From: Takakia lepidozioides
Lineage: Eukaryota; Plantae; Bryophyta
NCBI GenBank assembly: GCA_030704615.1
Contig: CM060731.1
Coordinates: 66,588,001-66,652,000, forward strand
Length of the DNA: 64,000 nucleotides
Direction: 5' to 3'
The translations under genes and the position numbers were made by a program. Numbering within the stretch: position 1 is the stretch's first letter; every line of letters begins with the position of its first letter. Below the pieces are notes generated by a model. That model saw only the letters and a list, made by a program, of their open reading frames with translations, did not search any database and was not told the origin of the DNA. Positions 13,994 to 28,069 of the stretch are shown here, piece after piece.

Positions 13994-14227
13994 GTGTGAT
14001 GTCGCCCACGCGTGGAAAGGCTAGTCAATACTCCATCTCAAATATAAACAACTTGTACTTACTTGGACTAGCATACAGTGTAACCCTGCGTAAGATTGTT
14101 AAGACGTGACGTGTGATGTCGCCCACGCGTGGAAAGGCTAGTCAATACTCCATCTCAAATATAAACAACTTGTACTTACTTGGACTAGCATACAGTGTAA
14201 CCCTGCGTAAGATTGTTAAGACGTGAC
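13994..14227. repeat. Apparently identical 2 x 117-bp tandem duplication
   Basis: GTGTGATGTCGCCCACGCG...GTTAAGACGTGAC at 13994-14110 and 14111-14227. Confidence 0.92.
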
Positions 14228-14789
14228 GGAGATGAATTACATATTCATTGACAGTTTTACTAAAGATCAATATGTCATCCATAAAATCAATATCAAATTT
14301 GCCTATAAAAGGTCTCAAAACTACAACAGATCCCTTGTTTTATGACTGTCACTATTTGGCAGTTATAGCTTTGATGTCTATGAACATGACTAAAGAGACG
14401 CGGAGGACATTGGAGCTGAACCTTGACTTTTGCGAAGACATATATATGACTTCGTAATCTCGGGATTTGCGGTCAAACATTGTTGACCAGAGGAGTTGAC
14501 ATGGTTGATATGACTAATATGACTACATGACTACATGTGTTGACATATGGTTGTGCACAATATCGACATATGTCAATTCTGAAAGGAATGGATGAATGTT
14601 TGCAGGGATGAATACATGGAAGGTTAGGGTTCATTAAGATCAAATATTTTCTACTGCACGCTACGCATGCCCTATACGGTTGAAAAAAATCTGTTGTCTT
14701 GAAGCGCGATGATTGCCGGACGTGCTTCACATAGGTGGCGGGATGGGCTTTGGAGACCAATAAGCAAATAATGTAGGAAGGGCTTTGGT

Positions 14790-14872
14790 TGAGAATTGTG
14801 AGCAAATAATACGAAAAGGGATGAAGCTTGACCACATCACGTTTGTTAACATTTGTAATGCTTGTGCGACCT
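14790..14872 (+). pseudogene. Degenerate PLS-class PPR motif fragment
   Basis: Reads EQIIRKGMKLDHITFVNICNACA, resembling the PPR M..EG..PD.ITFV..LNAC junction; flanked by stops. Confidence 0.4.
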
Positions 14873-16038
14873 AGAAAATGACAAGGGGTCACATAGATCT
14901 CTTCACTATTCCATCTCCATTTTACTCCCTCCCCATGACAATCATTGAGTGCCACCACTGCATATACATGAACATTGGCCTCTAGCCTTTGCAGATCAAA
15001 GTACGTACCTCTTTGCACTTGTAGATAGTTTATGTTTTCTAGGTTTCATGATCTAGATAGCTCGCCACAAGCAACCAATTTAATGTATGTGAGGTGCCCA
15101 ACAGTTAGGCACCAACAGGGCCAAGGCTTAGGCTCAGCCTTGAGATTTTGAAAGTTGCTGAACAAAGGTGCAAGACTATGGTCTTGATGGTTTTGAAGAA
15201 GGTCACTCTATGATGAGAATACCTTGGCTGGGTAGCCGGGGACTGAATTTTAAGAAGGTTGGCAATGTGTTTGGAAGGTCATTATGGAGTAATGAATGGC
15301 AAAGAGATAAAGAAAGAGAGCAAAGAGTTGGAGGTACTCAAGTCTCAGGTGATCAACCAGCTCTGCTTGGAGTGGAGGAATTAGAAGTGTTTACAATTAA
15401 ATCATGCATAATAAACCTACCTAGGATTTTGGTTCTAAGCTTGATACTACAAGCTATGGCGGAAAATGACTATTTACTACTGTATAAAGAGCATATTTCA
15501 TAGCGGCGTATATATCCTCTGTGACTGGAGTGGCTATATTACTTAAAGTTTAGCATTAATCAGAGAATATTTTTTAAGTAAAACTGGACAATGAACTGAC
15601 TGACACAAAGTTATGAATTTAACCAACAGTCAATAGCTCCGTTGGTTAAGTGCACTAAGTGCTACCCAGACGATTATGGGGTCAAACTTGCTATTGACGG
15701 GTGTGGTATGGTTCCTGGGTGGTGCCCCATTCCTACGCCTCATGGCGGGTTACTGTGAAAGAGGTTATTTTCTCATGCATAGGCTGGATTGTGAGCCTTG
15801 TGCATAATCTGTTTACTCATGGAGAGGAAAAAATGACTATCTTATGATGTACAAGAATGGGCATTCCATAATTGCTTTTTAACTAACTCATATGTCATTC
15901 TTGCTAAACAATAGCACTAATCAAAGATTATAGTTAGGGAATGCCATCGTAAAGCTGAAATAGTAGAAAGATCTTATAGCCTTGGAGTTATGAATTAAAG
16001 AACATGCTATATCACTGAGTTTTTAGGTATAGAATCTC

Positions 16039-17257
16039 TGTCACGATTTCTAGCCGAAATCGGATGACTCCCAACTAGGGGCAAGGAAACTTGCGCCTTG
16101 ATTGAGAATACACGTGCTAGTGAGTACATAGCACGTACGCGCACTATATCCAAGCTACGGAGAGGGTTGCCCTATACTCAGGCTAACGTGAAAGTGTTTA
16201 TGTTCACGTATGACTACGGCTTGTTCCCATACCTTAGGCCGACATCTCAAGGCGGGCCCAATTGCAATGATTGGATGTACAATCAATTCAAGGTTATCTT
16301 CTTGGTCAAAGGGGTTGAAGGCAAAGCCTTGCTCAAGGTGATGCCAAAATCACTGGCGATCGCAAGTAATTGATGTTGCAGTAAGACAATTCGATCCTTG
16401 AGGAGAATTGTACATCGGCCATTGAGTGGGCCGAAAACAGTGCAGTAGGTGAGTCTGGGAAACTCCACATTTGGCCATGACTTGGGGAATCGGCCGAACT
16501 AGCTAGTGGGAAATAAAAATCAAGTGGTTGTTTGGAACTTTGTCATGGGACCCCATGCAATAGGAACAAACTCCTTGATGTGAGACACCACAATTTAGAA
16601 GTTAGTTTCCACAAAAAAACCAGTCGATGAGGACATCAATTTCTTGTTGGTAGGGGTATGTGTCGTAGCCCTGTGCTTTGAGGGCAGGGGTCGGGGCAGC
16701 GGTAGCAACGGGAGTGGGGCTGAACGATCCTTATGTGGCTAGGTACTCAAAGGGGCTGAGGCACTAACTAGGCGGGGCCCCCAACTGGTGGGCGGTGGAG
16801 ATCCTGAGTGGGGTTGGTCACAAGACGGTGGTGGCTTAGAGTGGATAGGGCTGGGGCGCTTAACAAAAGTAGGTGGGAGTCGTGGGGGAGTCTTGGGACT
16901 TACCGCAGGCCGATATGACCGCAAGGAGTTGGCCGAGGCACGAGATGGTCGTGCACCAAAAAAGATTATGAGCTCTTCAACGACAGTCACATAAGTACAC
17001 ATAAGCAGTAATAACCCAAGAATGATACAAGCCCATGAAGCTACCAAAGCTAATAGAGCAAGTGAGCGAGCCAGAAAACGACCGAGTGTAGAAAGCTATT
17101 CCGGACTACCTACAACCATAGGGAATTTCCACTCAACCCATGTAGTCAAGGGTTGCATGGGAGGACCATTATGCCTAGACAGAGTTTCAAGTCGACCCAG
17201 CGGCCAATTTTGGAATTAGGAATGACTTGAGGAAAGTTTACCGAAGGGTGCGCGACA
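16039..17257 (+). mobile_element. Solo LTR (~1.2 kb)
   Basis: Starts TGTCACG, ends CGCGACA; the 3' ~280 bp is homologous to the reverse complement of 35360-35690, which abuts a tRNAiMet PBS. No PBS follows this copy; TSD not cleanly matched. Confidence 0.72.
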
Positions 17258-18192
17258 TATTTCACAATTGGATGGCTTTCCAAAAAATTGCGCTGATTAT
17301 TTGTTCCCACTTTTTTAGCTTCTGGAAATACTTAACTATGCGTTTTTCTCTTCGTACACCAAAATTAGTTATATTGCATCTTGCAAAGTTTTACTTTTAG
17401 CTTTCTCGACTCGGATTCAATTTCATCTTTATGACTTTGTATATAAAAAACAAGTTATACCTCATTAATGATATCCTTGGGCAGCAGATTGCTGCCAATG
17501 CTCTTATTCACATGTTCATGTTGTGAATCACGGGCAGTATTTAGTCCTTAGGCTTAAGTCTATAGATATGGCTTTGCTTAAAATCTTTTTTGTACTTTTA
17601 ATATTATGGCTTGTTTAAGCCCATAACTAACGTTTGCTAATTTAGGCTGTAACAGCAAAAATATGCAAGAAGCAAAAATATGTGATTGAAAATATTTCAA
17701 TCTAAAGACAAAACAACGGTTCCATAACTAACTCTATGCCAAAGAAAACACACATTTCTATTTGGTGCAGTCTAAGCCACAACTACACGAAAAAGAAAGT
17801 GAGAACACTTAGATATAAAATACTAGCACAGCGTTACAAACCCCATTCTAGCTCATTGTACTGCTGAAAAAATAAAGCCTTAAATAGGCATAAAACTAAC
17901 AATTGTCTTTTAGCCGAAAAAATTTGAAGTCAAATTTTAATCCTTTAAAAGAAAAAGCATCTCTATTACTTAGCACGAACTAATAAAAACCTAAATTCCT
18001 TGTTTTTTTCCAATATACCATGGTCTGTCAAAAGACGCCATCCATCTGTGGAATTTTCAAAAGCCTCTTATGCAATTTAGGGTTTACGACTACCCCAAGG
18101 CTTAGAACTTGAGTATAATGAGAATGCTTAAGTTTCATAAAGAGGGCGGGCCTCTGTAGCATGTTGTGCACAATCACATAGCCCGAAACACT

Positions 18193-18883
18193 CTAGGACA
18201 AAACACTTTGAATAGCCTTGAGCATGTATGATCTCACATGTGCTCTCTCTCGAAGTGTACCAACATAGCTCAACAATGATAAATGCTTGTTTTTTACGCC
18301 GCAGATGACATCATTTCGGGTGGCAAAACTCTCAAAATATCCCGACATCCCTCTCCAATGCAATGCAATGTGTTTTGTGAGGCATAAAGTCAATATTGGC
18401 ATAGATAATGGACATAATGTTCCCCTCCGCCTGGAGTGTCTCTGGTCGAGGCCGCTTCACGCCACGATTTCCGTGGAAAGATGACAAACACCCTTCTTTA
18501 CTGAGCTTTTTATACTCCATATACGTTGACCTACCAATTCCGTGTATTATCCACCATGCTTTCTCACAAACATCAACACCTTCTATTGTAACATACGATC
18601 TGCGCGATGCCCCTTCCATGATGTGAAGTCGTTTTGAAACATTCAATCCAAGTTCTCTCCTCTCATCGAATGACGAACCCCAAAATGCAGTACAAATTGC
18701 CAAGGTTTTTCTCCAATCAAAATATTGGCAGCAGTATTTGTTGAGTCCCTTCTGATGACATCTCAAAGATAGAAACCCACTATTGACAAACTCAACTCTA
18801 TTGAAGTTTACTGTGGAGTCAATGTAGCCCCTGGACAACAAGCTCTGGTGACTTTCATGAGCCCTATAGCCCAGGTTGGACAA
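18193..18883 (-). pseudogene. Fragment of a DNA-transposon-associated protein (N-terminal region resembling Sola/DUF7869-type transposases)
   Basis: YCCQ.F...R..FW...YVTIEGVDVCEKAWWIIHGIGRSTY..YK...HGNRG..RPR..T..A......DFMPH pattern, recalled from memory; no catalytic core seen; truncated and frameshifted. Confidence 0.4.
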
Positions 18884-19987
18884 TGATTGTCTTATATGGA
18901 ATCTACCTCGGGATATTAGGGAGGTTAGCAGACAATGAATGTGGCCGCACTATCTCATTAGAGTACCATACCTACTGCAATTGTGGTTCAAAAATCTGAC
19001 CCGCCCATAGAACGTTAATTGGATAGCGATTGAGTCAGAGGCTACTCCTGTCATGCAAAATGTCCAAAAGAAAAAAGAGCTTTGCCTCATGATGAGGCAT
19101 TAAAAAAAAGAAATCCCCAAAAATACCAGGGTTTAGTGGCGCCTCAATCCCTTTCTACTTTCTGGGATAAAGAGCTGGTCCACTGACCGTCATTACATCA
19201 AGCACAAGAGATGGTATACACCTCGACAAATATTACTACTTTACATAACAATTTCAATACCCATAATACATGCATTCACATATGCTTCAAAACTATCCAC
19301 CGCCATCCAATCCCTCACGACCATCATCACTAACATACGAGAATTAGAAACCAATACCCTCTAGGTCATGATATGCATCGCTATGCCTCTGTTTTCATAG
19401 GGCCTTCCTTGAAAAGGAAGAAGGGTCAATAGCCATGATGTTAATTATGCCAGCTTTGGCCGGAGTCTTCTCTCTCTCTTTCTTCATAAATGCCCAAACC
19501 ACAACATTGTGGTCATTGGTTCATTTGCTACAGCGAGTAAATCAAGATAAATGATGTCTGATCAAGTTGGTGCCTAAAAAAAAAGATTACACACCTAGTT
19601 CCTGACACACTGGACTTCATTTTTTAATTTATTTAATCAAAAGGGGGAATGGAGCTCCATTACTCAAATTGAGCAAGGAAAAAACAACCTCGCGGTCGCC
19701 GTGAAGCTTACAAGAGGGTTGGAGTGTATAACGCCAACTTAGTTATCTTGCAAGCAGTGAGACAAGAAAGATGGAAAAGACCGTCTGCCATCCACATAAC
19801 ACAGGATGTCACAGTTGCCACTAGAACCTGGAAGCCTGGGGCGACAATGTCACTAACTCTAGCAAGTTATAGGCTGCGGAAGGCCCATTTCATAATGTGA
19901 AAAACAGAAACCATCCTCCATCACAAGAACTACACTACCATGCAGCTGTGAGCACGCATAGTGGAAACAAAGAACTACCACTCAGGT

Positions 19988-20107
19988 AGTGGGGAAGGGC
20001 AGCTGATGAGGCCCTTCCACGATTTAAGAATGCATGAATGAGGGCGGTAGTCCAAGTTCATGCATTCAAAAGCGGCGGAAGGGCCAGGTTAGCTGCCTTT
20101 CACCAGT
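19988..20107. repeat. Imperfect ~120-bp foldback (MITE-like)
   Basis: Nested arms AAGGGCAGCTGA/TTAGCTGCCTTT, GGCCCTTCC/GGAAGGGCC, GAATGCATGAA/TTCATGCATTC. Confidence 0.75.
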
Positions 20108-23100
20108 GTAAAAAACCAACCTGCCCCCTTTCTCGCCCCCCCAAAATTACATCTGAAAAATTTCGCAAGGCCCTAGGTGTCTTGTGCCTGACATAAGGTG
20201 TATCCTCCTGTCAGGATGAAAACTTCCCGTTTAACAAGGTATCGAAAGAACAAACAAAGGAAATTTCTAGGTGGCTTTTTGCGTGCAAGGTAGAGCCTCA
20301 AAATGCTAGTATCGATGTTGACCTCTTCACCGCATGCTAGCATGAGAAGGAATGCTATCTCACATCTGCTAACTGCAACTACCAATACTTATTGGTAGCG
20401 AAGGAAGCCCCTCTGTTGCTAACAGATGTGCTCAGGCCACACACAACACACCATGGATGCCAAACACTCCAGACGCTAGCACGGACGAGGCAAGGGCCCC
20501 ACGCTACTCTCCAACTGTTTGACAATAGCACTCCACATGGACTACTCATCTCAACAACTCACTGTCGTGCTCTGTAGTACAAAATTCAGGAGAGCTCCCC
20601 ATTGCTGACTTGCTTGACATATGCACAGCTAGCATATTGACAGACACAACCAAGCTAAATTACAAGCTCCAAGGCCCCCACAATTACTGTGACAGCATAC
20701 CCACACCCACCACTGGCCATGACCACAATCACGAACTATATGTACTAAAAAGGCAACCGCAGCCTACAACTGCAACAGGTACCCAACACTTCAGGTGGAC
20801 AAGACAAGAGATGACTGATAACTCCACACCACACAATTCTGGAACAGAGGACATACACAATGTATGCCCCCACTTTGGCCTAACAGAGGAGATAAAGAAA
20901 GAACCATGCAAGTGGCAGCAGGACCTGTAACAGTGGAGAGTTATCTACCAAGGAGCTGAAGGGTAGTATTGATGGGGAAGGTGATCAATTGCCTACGAAT
21001 GTTACGAGGACCCGCTGGGATGGGGTGGCAAGTCAACAATAACCTATGAGCAGGTCCAGCTAAACGACACGATGAAAATGGGAGAGCCGACAACAGGGCC
21101 CAAGACCCTGCCCACATAAAAATGAGCTACTTACGTCTGTTGCCATCTTGTGGAAGTCTTCAATATGTTAATCCAGAAATGATACTAAAACACAGCCAGG
21201 GTCTGCAACAGCTACTCAGAGGAAAATTAAAGGGACCCCCTTAGACCTGGCTTTATTGAGTTCTCAGTCGCACAACTTTCAGAGGACAAATGCAAAAGAG
21301 TGCACACCTACCATGAGGCCAGTATGCATACTACTAAAGAGGGACGACGTGCCACATTTAAGCAAGGAATTCACACACAGATGTAACATCCCCTGCTCTT
21401 GTTATCTCACTAATATCCCCTCTTTGATATACAATACTGTGCACACTGACCTGTCATTCATGTTGCATGCCCCGATGAACGTCTACAAATGATAATTATG
21501 ATATACCAGACATTCCATCAGCTATCCCCTGTTCTCTACCCTTGTGACAATCCATGGCATATACTCACGCAGAACATAGCAAACACCAGCATTGCTGCCT
21601 GTCACCCCTACTAGAATGCAAAGGTTGCTTGAGACAGGCTCCAGGAACCCGGCAGGTGCAACCCATGACCAGCACACCACAAACGTGAACTGCCACAAAG
21701 AGCTTCTAAAACATCACCTGTGAGGTAAAAGGGAAAATTGTTCTCATTCCTCTCTGGGAATATCCTGTCAAAGGGACAGGCTTGTACAACTACAAGATGC
21801 TTGTAACAGGGAAAAGGTTGACCATTGCCTCAAGTAGGCAACCGGGAATCGGTTGCCCGCTCTCCACAATCTCGGAATTGTGGGGGAATTTGTGGCGTCC
21901 AAATGGTTCTAAACTCCATAGGCAACCCCAGTTTTCTGAGAGGACCTTCTCCTTCCTACATGTCATACAAAGAGAATTTGTCGTCTTGAACAGAATTGTA
22001 TCGATTTAGTATCCAATGTTGGCAGTAAGCATCACATTCATAAGGCTTCTAATGAATTGCCAAGCTCTTCAAAGAAATTAGGGCATCATAATTGGTCCAC
22101 GATTCGCCATTATCAAGGCCCTCTAAAAGATTAGTTTGTGGTGACTAGGCTATAGGTGGGAACATGGGTTAGCCGACCAGTGTGATTTATATATAATTTC
22201 GAGTTACTCCACAGGCTTCCTTCTCACAATAAAACAAAATAAGACCGTTAATGTGGAAATATTTACTCCACCCCTTGTTGACTGCAGTTCCAAAGTTGTG
22301 GTATACTCTGGATCTTCTGTTATCCTCTCATGGCAGCTACAACAATTGGGTGGTCAGACTTACATTTGGTCTTTTGTATCCTTTTCCAGAAGCGAACTCT
22401 TCAGCTCGGACAAACGCAGGCATTCTCTCTGCAAGTCCCCAACGGATGATCCTCCCTGAGACATTAAGAGGCCAGGGAGGAATCATTGCAATGTTGAGAA
22501 CCTGATGAAAATTTACCCATGACCCTACTACAGAATCTGTTCCTTCCTTCTCTCCATCCATCCCTGTTGCCTTTGACTTTTCTTCAGAGGCCACATGGGT
22601 TTGAGCTTCCGCGAACCTGTAAACTTCCAAGTCATTCCTTCCTTCCAGATCAAATAGCATCTGTAATAGAGTGTCATCTTTACTGATCAGATCCAAATGG
22701 AAATTTGACCATAAGAAGGACATGTCTTATGTCTTCCAGGTGGATTACTAAACGACCTAGATGATCAAGTGAAGTTTAACAAGGTCTATGGTGCAAATCA
22801 AGCTACGATTCATGAACCATTCTTTGAGAGCAAGCATACACATTCACAGACTTCTTAATGGAAGATATCAAAGTCCAAACAACCACTCCAGTTATTCAAG
22901 GGCTGCAAATCAAACATCAGTGATCAGATGGTACACTGTACCAGATGTTCTTGCTGGTTTTGTTCAACAATCAATGGATACTCTCTCAGTTTGACACAAC
23001 CACCAGCTTGAGGAACACATTGAGGTTCAAACTAAAAACCTAACACATGCAGGGCTGAGGACTCCAAAAATACCTTGAGGAGCTTTTCTTTACTTCTTGT

Positions 23101-23323
23101 AAGCTGTATCCATTTTCAGATCACCTCGATCTTTCCTGAAAAAGCGGTTGACAGTCTTGAATCTCATGCCACTTAGCTTTTACTTCCAGGCTTCTTTTTC
23201 TATCATAGTTTTGTGCTAAGTTTAGCAGTGACAGTGATGGAACTTTTGGAAACTTTATGAATCTCCAAACTACAACACTGGAGGCTTGCACATAACACTA
23301 CAAACCTGTGTCCAACATATATG

Positions 23324-26300
23324 TTAGATGAAACCCTCAAGAAGTTTGCGCAAATCTTCATCTGCTCCCCCTCGCTGCGTAGTTCCTCCCACTGTAAGAG
23401 GCAGCCACATCTTGTGAGAATAGGCTCCCGACAAAAGTCAAGCTCAAACATGTAAAGTTTTTGCATCCTTTCCTCCAACTCAGGCCTTCAAATGCTAGAA
23501 GGTGAGCAGCCTGTGTAGTGGCCATGATGGCTTAAGTCATAACCATGTGAAAATATCTTAAACAATAGGAAATTCTGTTCACGTTCGGTGTGACCTATGC
23601 ATTAGAAAAGATTTACACATCTCACAGGTCTGCGCAAAACTTTTACTCATTGAAAAACACACCTAGTTAGGCCCTCAGTGTTCGTGCAAGGATTTAGTTC
23701 TAGTGGTGCAGTGTCCTATAAAGTGTTTGGGCTTTCCTGGAAGTTAGATAGCACCTCTGTCTCATCCCTCAGGCAGGTTTTCAGCAATTTCAGTGCTTTC
23801 CACTCTACGGACTACTACAGGAAGATGGGACGACTTATCTTCTGAGGATAAGAGGTGCCAGAGTTGCACCATATGCGAAGTGGAGAGAAAGAGTAATTTT
23901 CTCAGGCCATCATTACTACATGAGAGCAGATACTGGAGTCTTTTTAGAGATTCTCGGTCCCATGCACACTTGATTTTTGAAGTGTGCTTTGGTTTCTGTG
24001 GATCTACTCCATTAATGTACATCCATCTTTTTAAGCCCTTTGACCCTCCCACGGACATATAATCCATATTTCACTCTTTGTTTTCGCTCTAATCTTATTT
24101 TTGGCTTTCTGACTCCTTTTGGCCCCTTAGACACAAAGGGCCTCCTATGGATGTCTACGTTTTCTTCTTTATTTGTCTTTGTGGAAAACTGAGCCTCTGC
24201 ACATTGGACAAGCTCTAACGCTCAATCTTACCTCTTGGTAAGGTAGGGGAATAACCATCCATCCAGCTGCAGCCAAGAGCCTACGCTTCAAAACGGTGTG
24301 GCCAAGTGGTGTGCCTGCAAAGCAAGATGAACAGGCATCAACTTAAGAAAATTATTTACTGTGGTTTGATCCCTTCTGGCTGGACCACCTCAACATAGAG
24401 GGCTCTCAGGCACTGATAGGTTGCCATGGACAAGGATGAGCTTTAACTGATCCTGGTTCTGAAGTGTTCCTGTGTACCAAATGCTAAGCATTATAGCTGC
24501 ATAAACCTGTACAGCCACCAGATATCCATGCCTTTCCCCCTTTTCCCTCACTTTAATTAAGCTTATGCTTCATTTCACATCCTTGAGGATCTTGTTTGGA
24601 GTGAGATCTGTTTTTTATTAACAGAAACAAAGTAGACTTCGTGCATCATATGCAAATAGATAGATTGAGATGAGAAACGAATAAGAGACGTTCAGGGTCC
24701 AGAAGTTGGTTGGTGTGGCTTTGTTTTATAGAAATATTAGGCAATAGCGTATGGTCGGCATTGGAGTGCGCCATCAGGATATCCAAACTCAAAAAGTTGC
24801 TGGTAGGCATCTTCTTGACTACAACTTTTGCTTTACTGAATTAGCTGACATAATGGCATATATTCACAGTGCCTTTAGTGTCATGCATATATGTGCATTC
24901 TTTCCTGCCATTGTCAACAAATGTCCCTCAATAGAGATTGAAAATGCACTCACCTGTATTGCGAGTAAAATGTGTCGGACCATCAATCTCAAGAGCAAGC
25001 CTGGCCTCCACCAAAGCAAGGTCCAACGTGTATTCAGCTGCCAGATACTCTGGTACCCAATTTCGTCCCGTCCCAACCAGCAGGCGCTCTACCTCCTTCT
25101 GATGGATAGACGTCCACTTGGTACCTGCCTTCTCCTCCTTCCAAGCCCCTGCCAAGATTTTCTCCAAAGCACTCCCTAACTCCAGGCCTAGATCAGGAAG
25201 TTCTAATTGCAAACTCAGATTTACCTGATACAGCTGTGAAAGATGTGACATATCCTTGGATTGAAAATCAGGTTTGCACTGTGATGTAGCAACCCTCCAA
25301 CTGGCAGTGAGGGCTGCCCACAGCTGAGCAAAAGAAGGGCGGGCTAGTTGGCCGAGCACAGCATATGACCATGCCATGTTGGCAAGCTGCTGTAGACTGA
25401 AACCATTGAAGAAATCATGTTGTGCAGTGGGCTGATCCGCCCCTTCCCCTGGTTCTAGAAAAGAGTCGAGAGCATCAAGGAATGGGTCCGCTGGCTGATA
25501 CAAATTGGCGAATGCCCAAAAGGAGTTGGACAAGCTCTTGCGGCCGGAAGCTCCGAGCAACAAGGCTTGCCTGCGTGGCCAGTTCTAGAAAGAGAGCAGG
25601 AGAAGCATGCTGCATGGAAGCCAAGGCACCTGCTGTGTTGGCAATGTTCTGGGGTTTAAACTCCAGCTTTCGCTTCAAAGCAGCACCACCAACCCAGTTC
25701 ATCTCATCGAAACACAGTAAATGTCCACCCACTTTAGAGAGAGCCCATGCAATATTGGAGATGCCCTGGGCAGAGCAGTCGGGTAAAGCCAGCATAGCTG
25801 CATTGACGAGCTGCACCATTTCCTTTTTTCTTGCGAACGTAAGCCTCTCGCTCTTGGACATTGACGTGCTCTCCATATGCTTGGCGACCCTGTGAAGGGC
25901 GGTGGCCGAATTGAGCGGACTGAGAGGTATTTTCTTGGCCCGGCGTGCACTGCCCATCGCCTGGGTAACCAAACGAAGCACAGATTCACCATCAGCAGCC
26001 TCTACTAACCGTCTATTCAATCCACGCTCCTCTCTGTATTGATCCCTTGCTAACAGATCCTCCCAATTGTTTGTAGAGGAAGAAGAGGTGGAAAGTTCTC
26101 CAGCATATCTCCTGGACGATAGCACCGTATTTGTGCCTCGAGTTTTGCCCCACACGGCACTTGCCAAGGCACAACTATCTGCCTCCGTGTTCCTTCCATT
26201 TCTGTCAGCTTCATATCCATTTTGCAACCATTGTGACTTGGCGTCAACATTTCTATTCCTTCTGACACGCACTGCACGCCCTTCGCTCGATGGAACATCT

Positions 26301-26377
26301 CCATTTCTCCATCTCCACAAGGCTGAAAGAAAAGTGCTTCCTCCTGGTGCTGCTAATGGAAACATAGTCTGCCACAT
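23324..26377 (-). pseudogene. RAP: Chloroplast RAP-domain/OPR-type RNA-binding protein gene, 3 exons (~26377-24954, 24314-24232, 23391-23324), two frameshifts
   Basis: LSPLNSATALHRVAKHME...AQGISNIAWALSKVGG and RAP domain YTLDLAL..RLALEIDGPTHFTRNTG|TPLGHTVLKRRLLAAAGW..IPLPYQE|WEELRSEGEQM match recalled land-plant RAP; GT-AG introns in consistent phase; +1 T at ~25518-25521 and an apparent -1 at ~23355. True start codon uncertain. Confidence 0.88.
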
Positions 26378-27491
26378 CCCCGTCCTCAATGACCAGCATC
26401 TCTAGTAATTACCTCCAAGCGTCTGCATGAGATGGCTCTACATTTTTTGTGCCACATGGATGATTTCCACCCAGCAGGAAAGGTCCGCTCTTGCTTCACC
26501 ACAACCCATGTAAGGAATTCAACAGTATGTCTAACAAGGATGCAACCGCTGTAGAACTTATGGAGTCTAGCCTCCAGCATTCCCTGGATCACCATCTTCT
26601 GTTAAACTAGAGTCTCACACCTATCTTTCTGGAAATGGGTTTTGATGCAGTTACTCTGAAGGCCAACATTCTTTGAGGATGATGCCTGCTACCAGCGATA
26701 GACCAAAGTATCCTGTGTGGGCAAGGTATGCGCAATAAGGGCCATACTTTGAAAGATCCCATAGGCCGATCAGTTTGTTTAGCAGTGTACATAAGGGAAA
26801 TATGTGATGGCGGACAGCCGGCAGCCAGAGGCGCCAGCCACTCCCACTTTACCCATGGCGGGTCTATGCCCTCCCCCAAATCAGCTATCAGGTACGCGGA
26901 GGCCTCCCACAAAGCTTCCCACCACCTCCTTCTCGGCAGCGGACACGTTCACTTGAGCGTACAGTCTCTTATTATAGCCCATCCCATCAAGCACCACCAT
27001 CTTGTCAACCAGACCCAATGCCTTATGAGTTCGACGACTTTCTTTGTACTTGTGCTCATCGTGCTGCTAAGAACAACATCAATGGCATTCCCAATGCTTT
27101 TGTCTTCGTAGATTCTATAGCCAACTGGCACAGGCTATGTCCATCTTGCATTGGGCTACTCTAGTTGGCATGGCTTCGTCTCATCTTTTTGCTCTTCCCA
27201 ATGTCACACCCATTTCTTTGTCTCATGTCATTCGCGCATTTGGATGGGATGATCATTTGGTTTGATTAGCTTGATATGTTGTATTTTTCATTTCTTTATG
27301 TTAATTCTTCCCTTGCTATGGGAACTTTCCATATTTTGTACAGTTACCTCATGACAGTTTGTAAATAAAAGCTTTGCAGGGTTTCATTATCCAGGTTGTG
27401 GTGGGATGTTTGCCCATATTAGGGGTCTTGCGCGTCATCAGCATATGTTTCATATAGCCCATCAATATTATCAAGACGGTCGTATACCTAC

Positions 27492-28067
27492 TGTCAGGGA
27501 CAAAGCCCAGGAGACTTACCAAGAGTAAATACCAAAAGTTATCATGTTATCCAAGTTATCATGATTTATCGTAATTTACCATGATCTATCATGATTTACC
27601 GTTAGTTAGCAAGTTACCTGGAGTTTACCAAATTACCTAAAATAACTTGGGAAACTGCTCGTGAAGCTTCCTTTGAAAGAAACTTCTCCACCAAGATACC
27701 TGCTTTGTTTAAGGAATCTTCTCCATCAAGAAACCTCCACAGGGGAAGCTTCTTAGAGAACTTCTTAGTAGCCAGTATATATAGGAGGCGAGACTGGATA
27801 CTCTTCAGTCTCGCCAACACAAGTTCAAGCTACTCTTGTTCCCAGTCCCAGTACTCCAGTCCAGCTTCCAGTACTCTAGTCCAGTTTCCAGCATTTTAGT
27901 ATTCGAGTCGAGTTCCAGTATCTTGTATTCTTGTCCATTGTTATAAATATCATTTGATTCATGTTTACCCACCATGCATTCGGCCACGCCGACCTTGACT
28001 TTTTGTCTAGTCTTGTACCTCTAGTCTGATCTCTTGTTTGTGTTAAATCATATTCTCATCCATGACA
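27492..28067 (+). repeat. 5' LTR of the chromovirus (576 bp), TATA at ~27776-27783
   Basis: TG...CA ends; diverged direct repeat of 34623-35096. Confidence 0.88.
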
Positions 28068-28069
28068 GT

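Noticed and set aside
15630-15695. tRNA gene (A-box TAGCTCCGTTGG, B-box-like GGGTCAAAC)
   Set aside because: No convincing cloverleaf or anticodon arm; at most a decayed tRNA-derived repeat.
22337-22723. 128-aa ORF downstream of RAP as a gene
   Set aside because: No recognisable domain or supportable exon structure.
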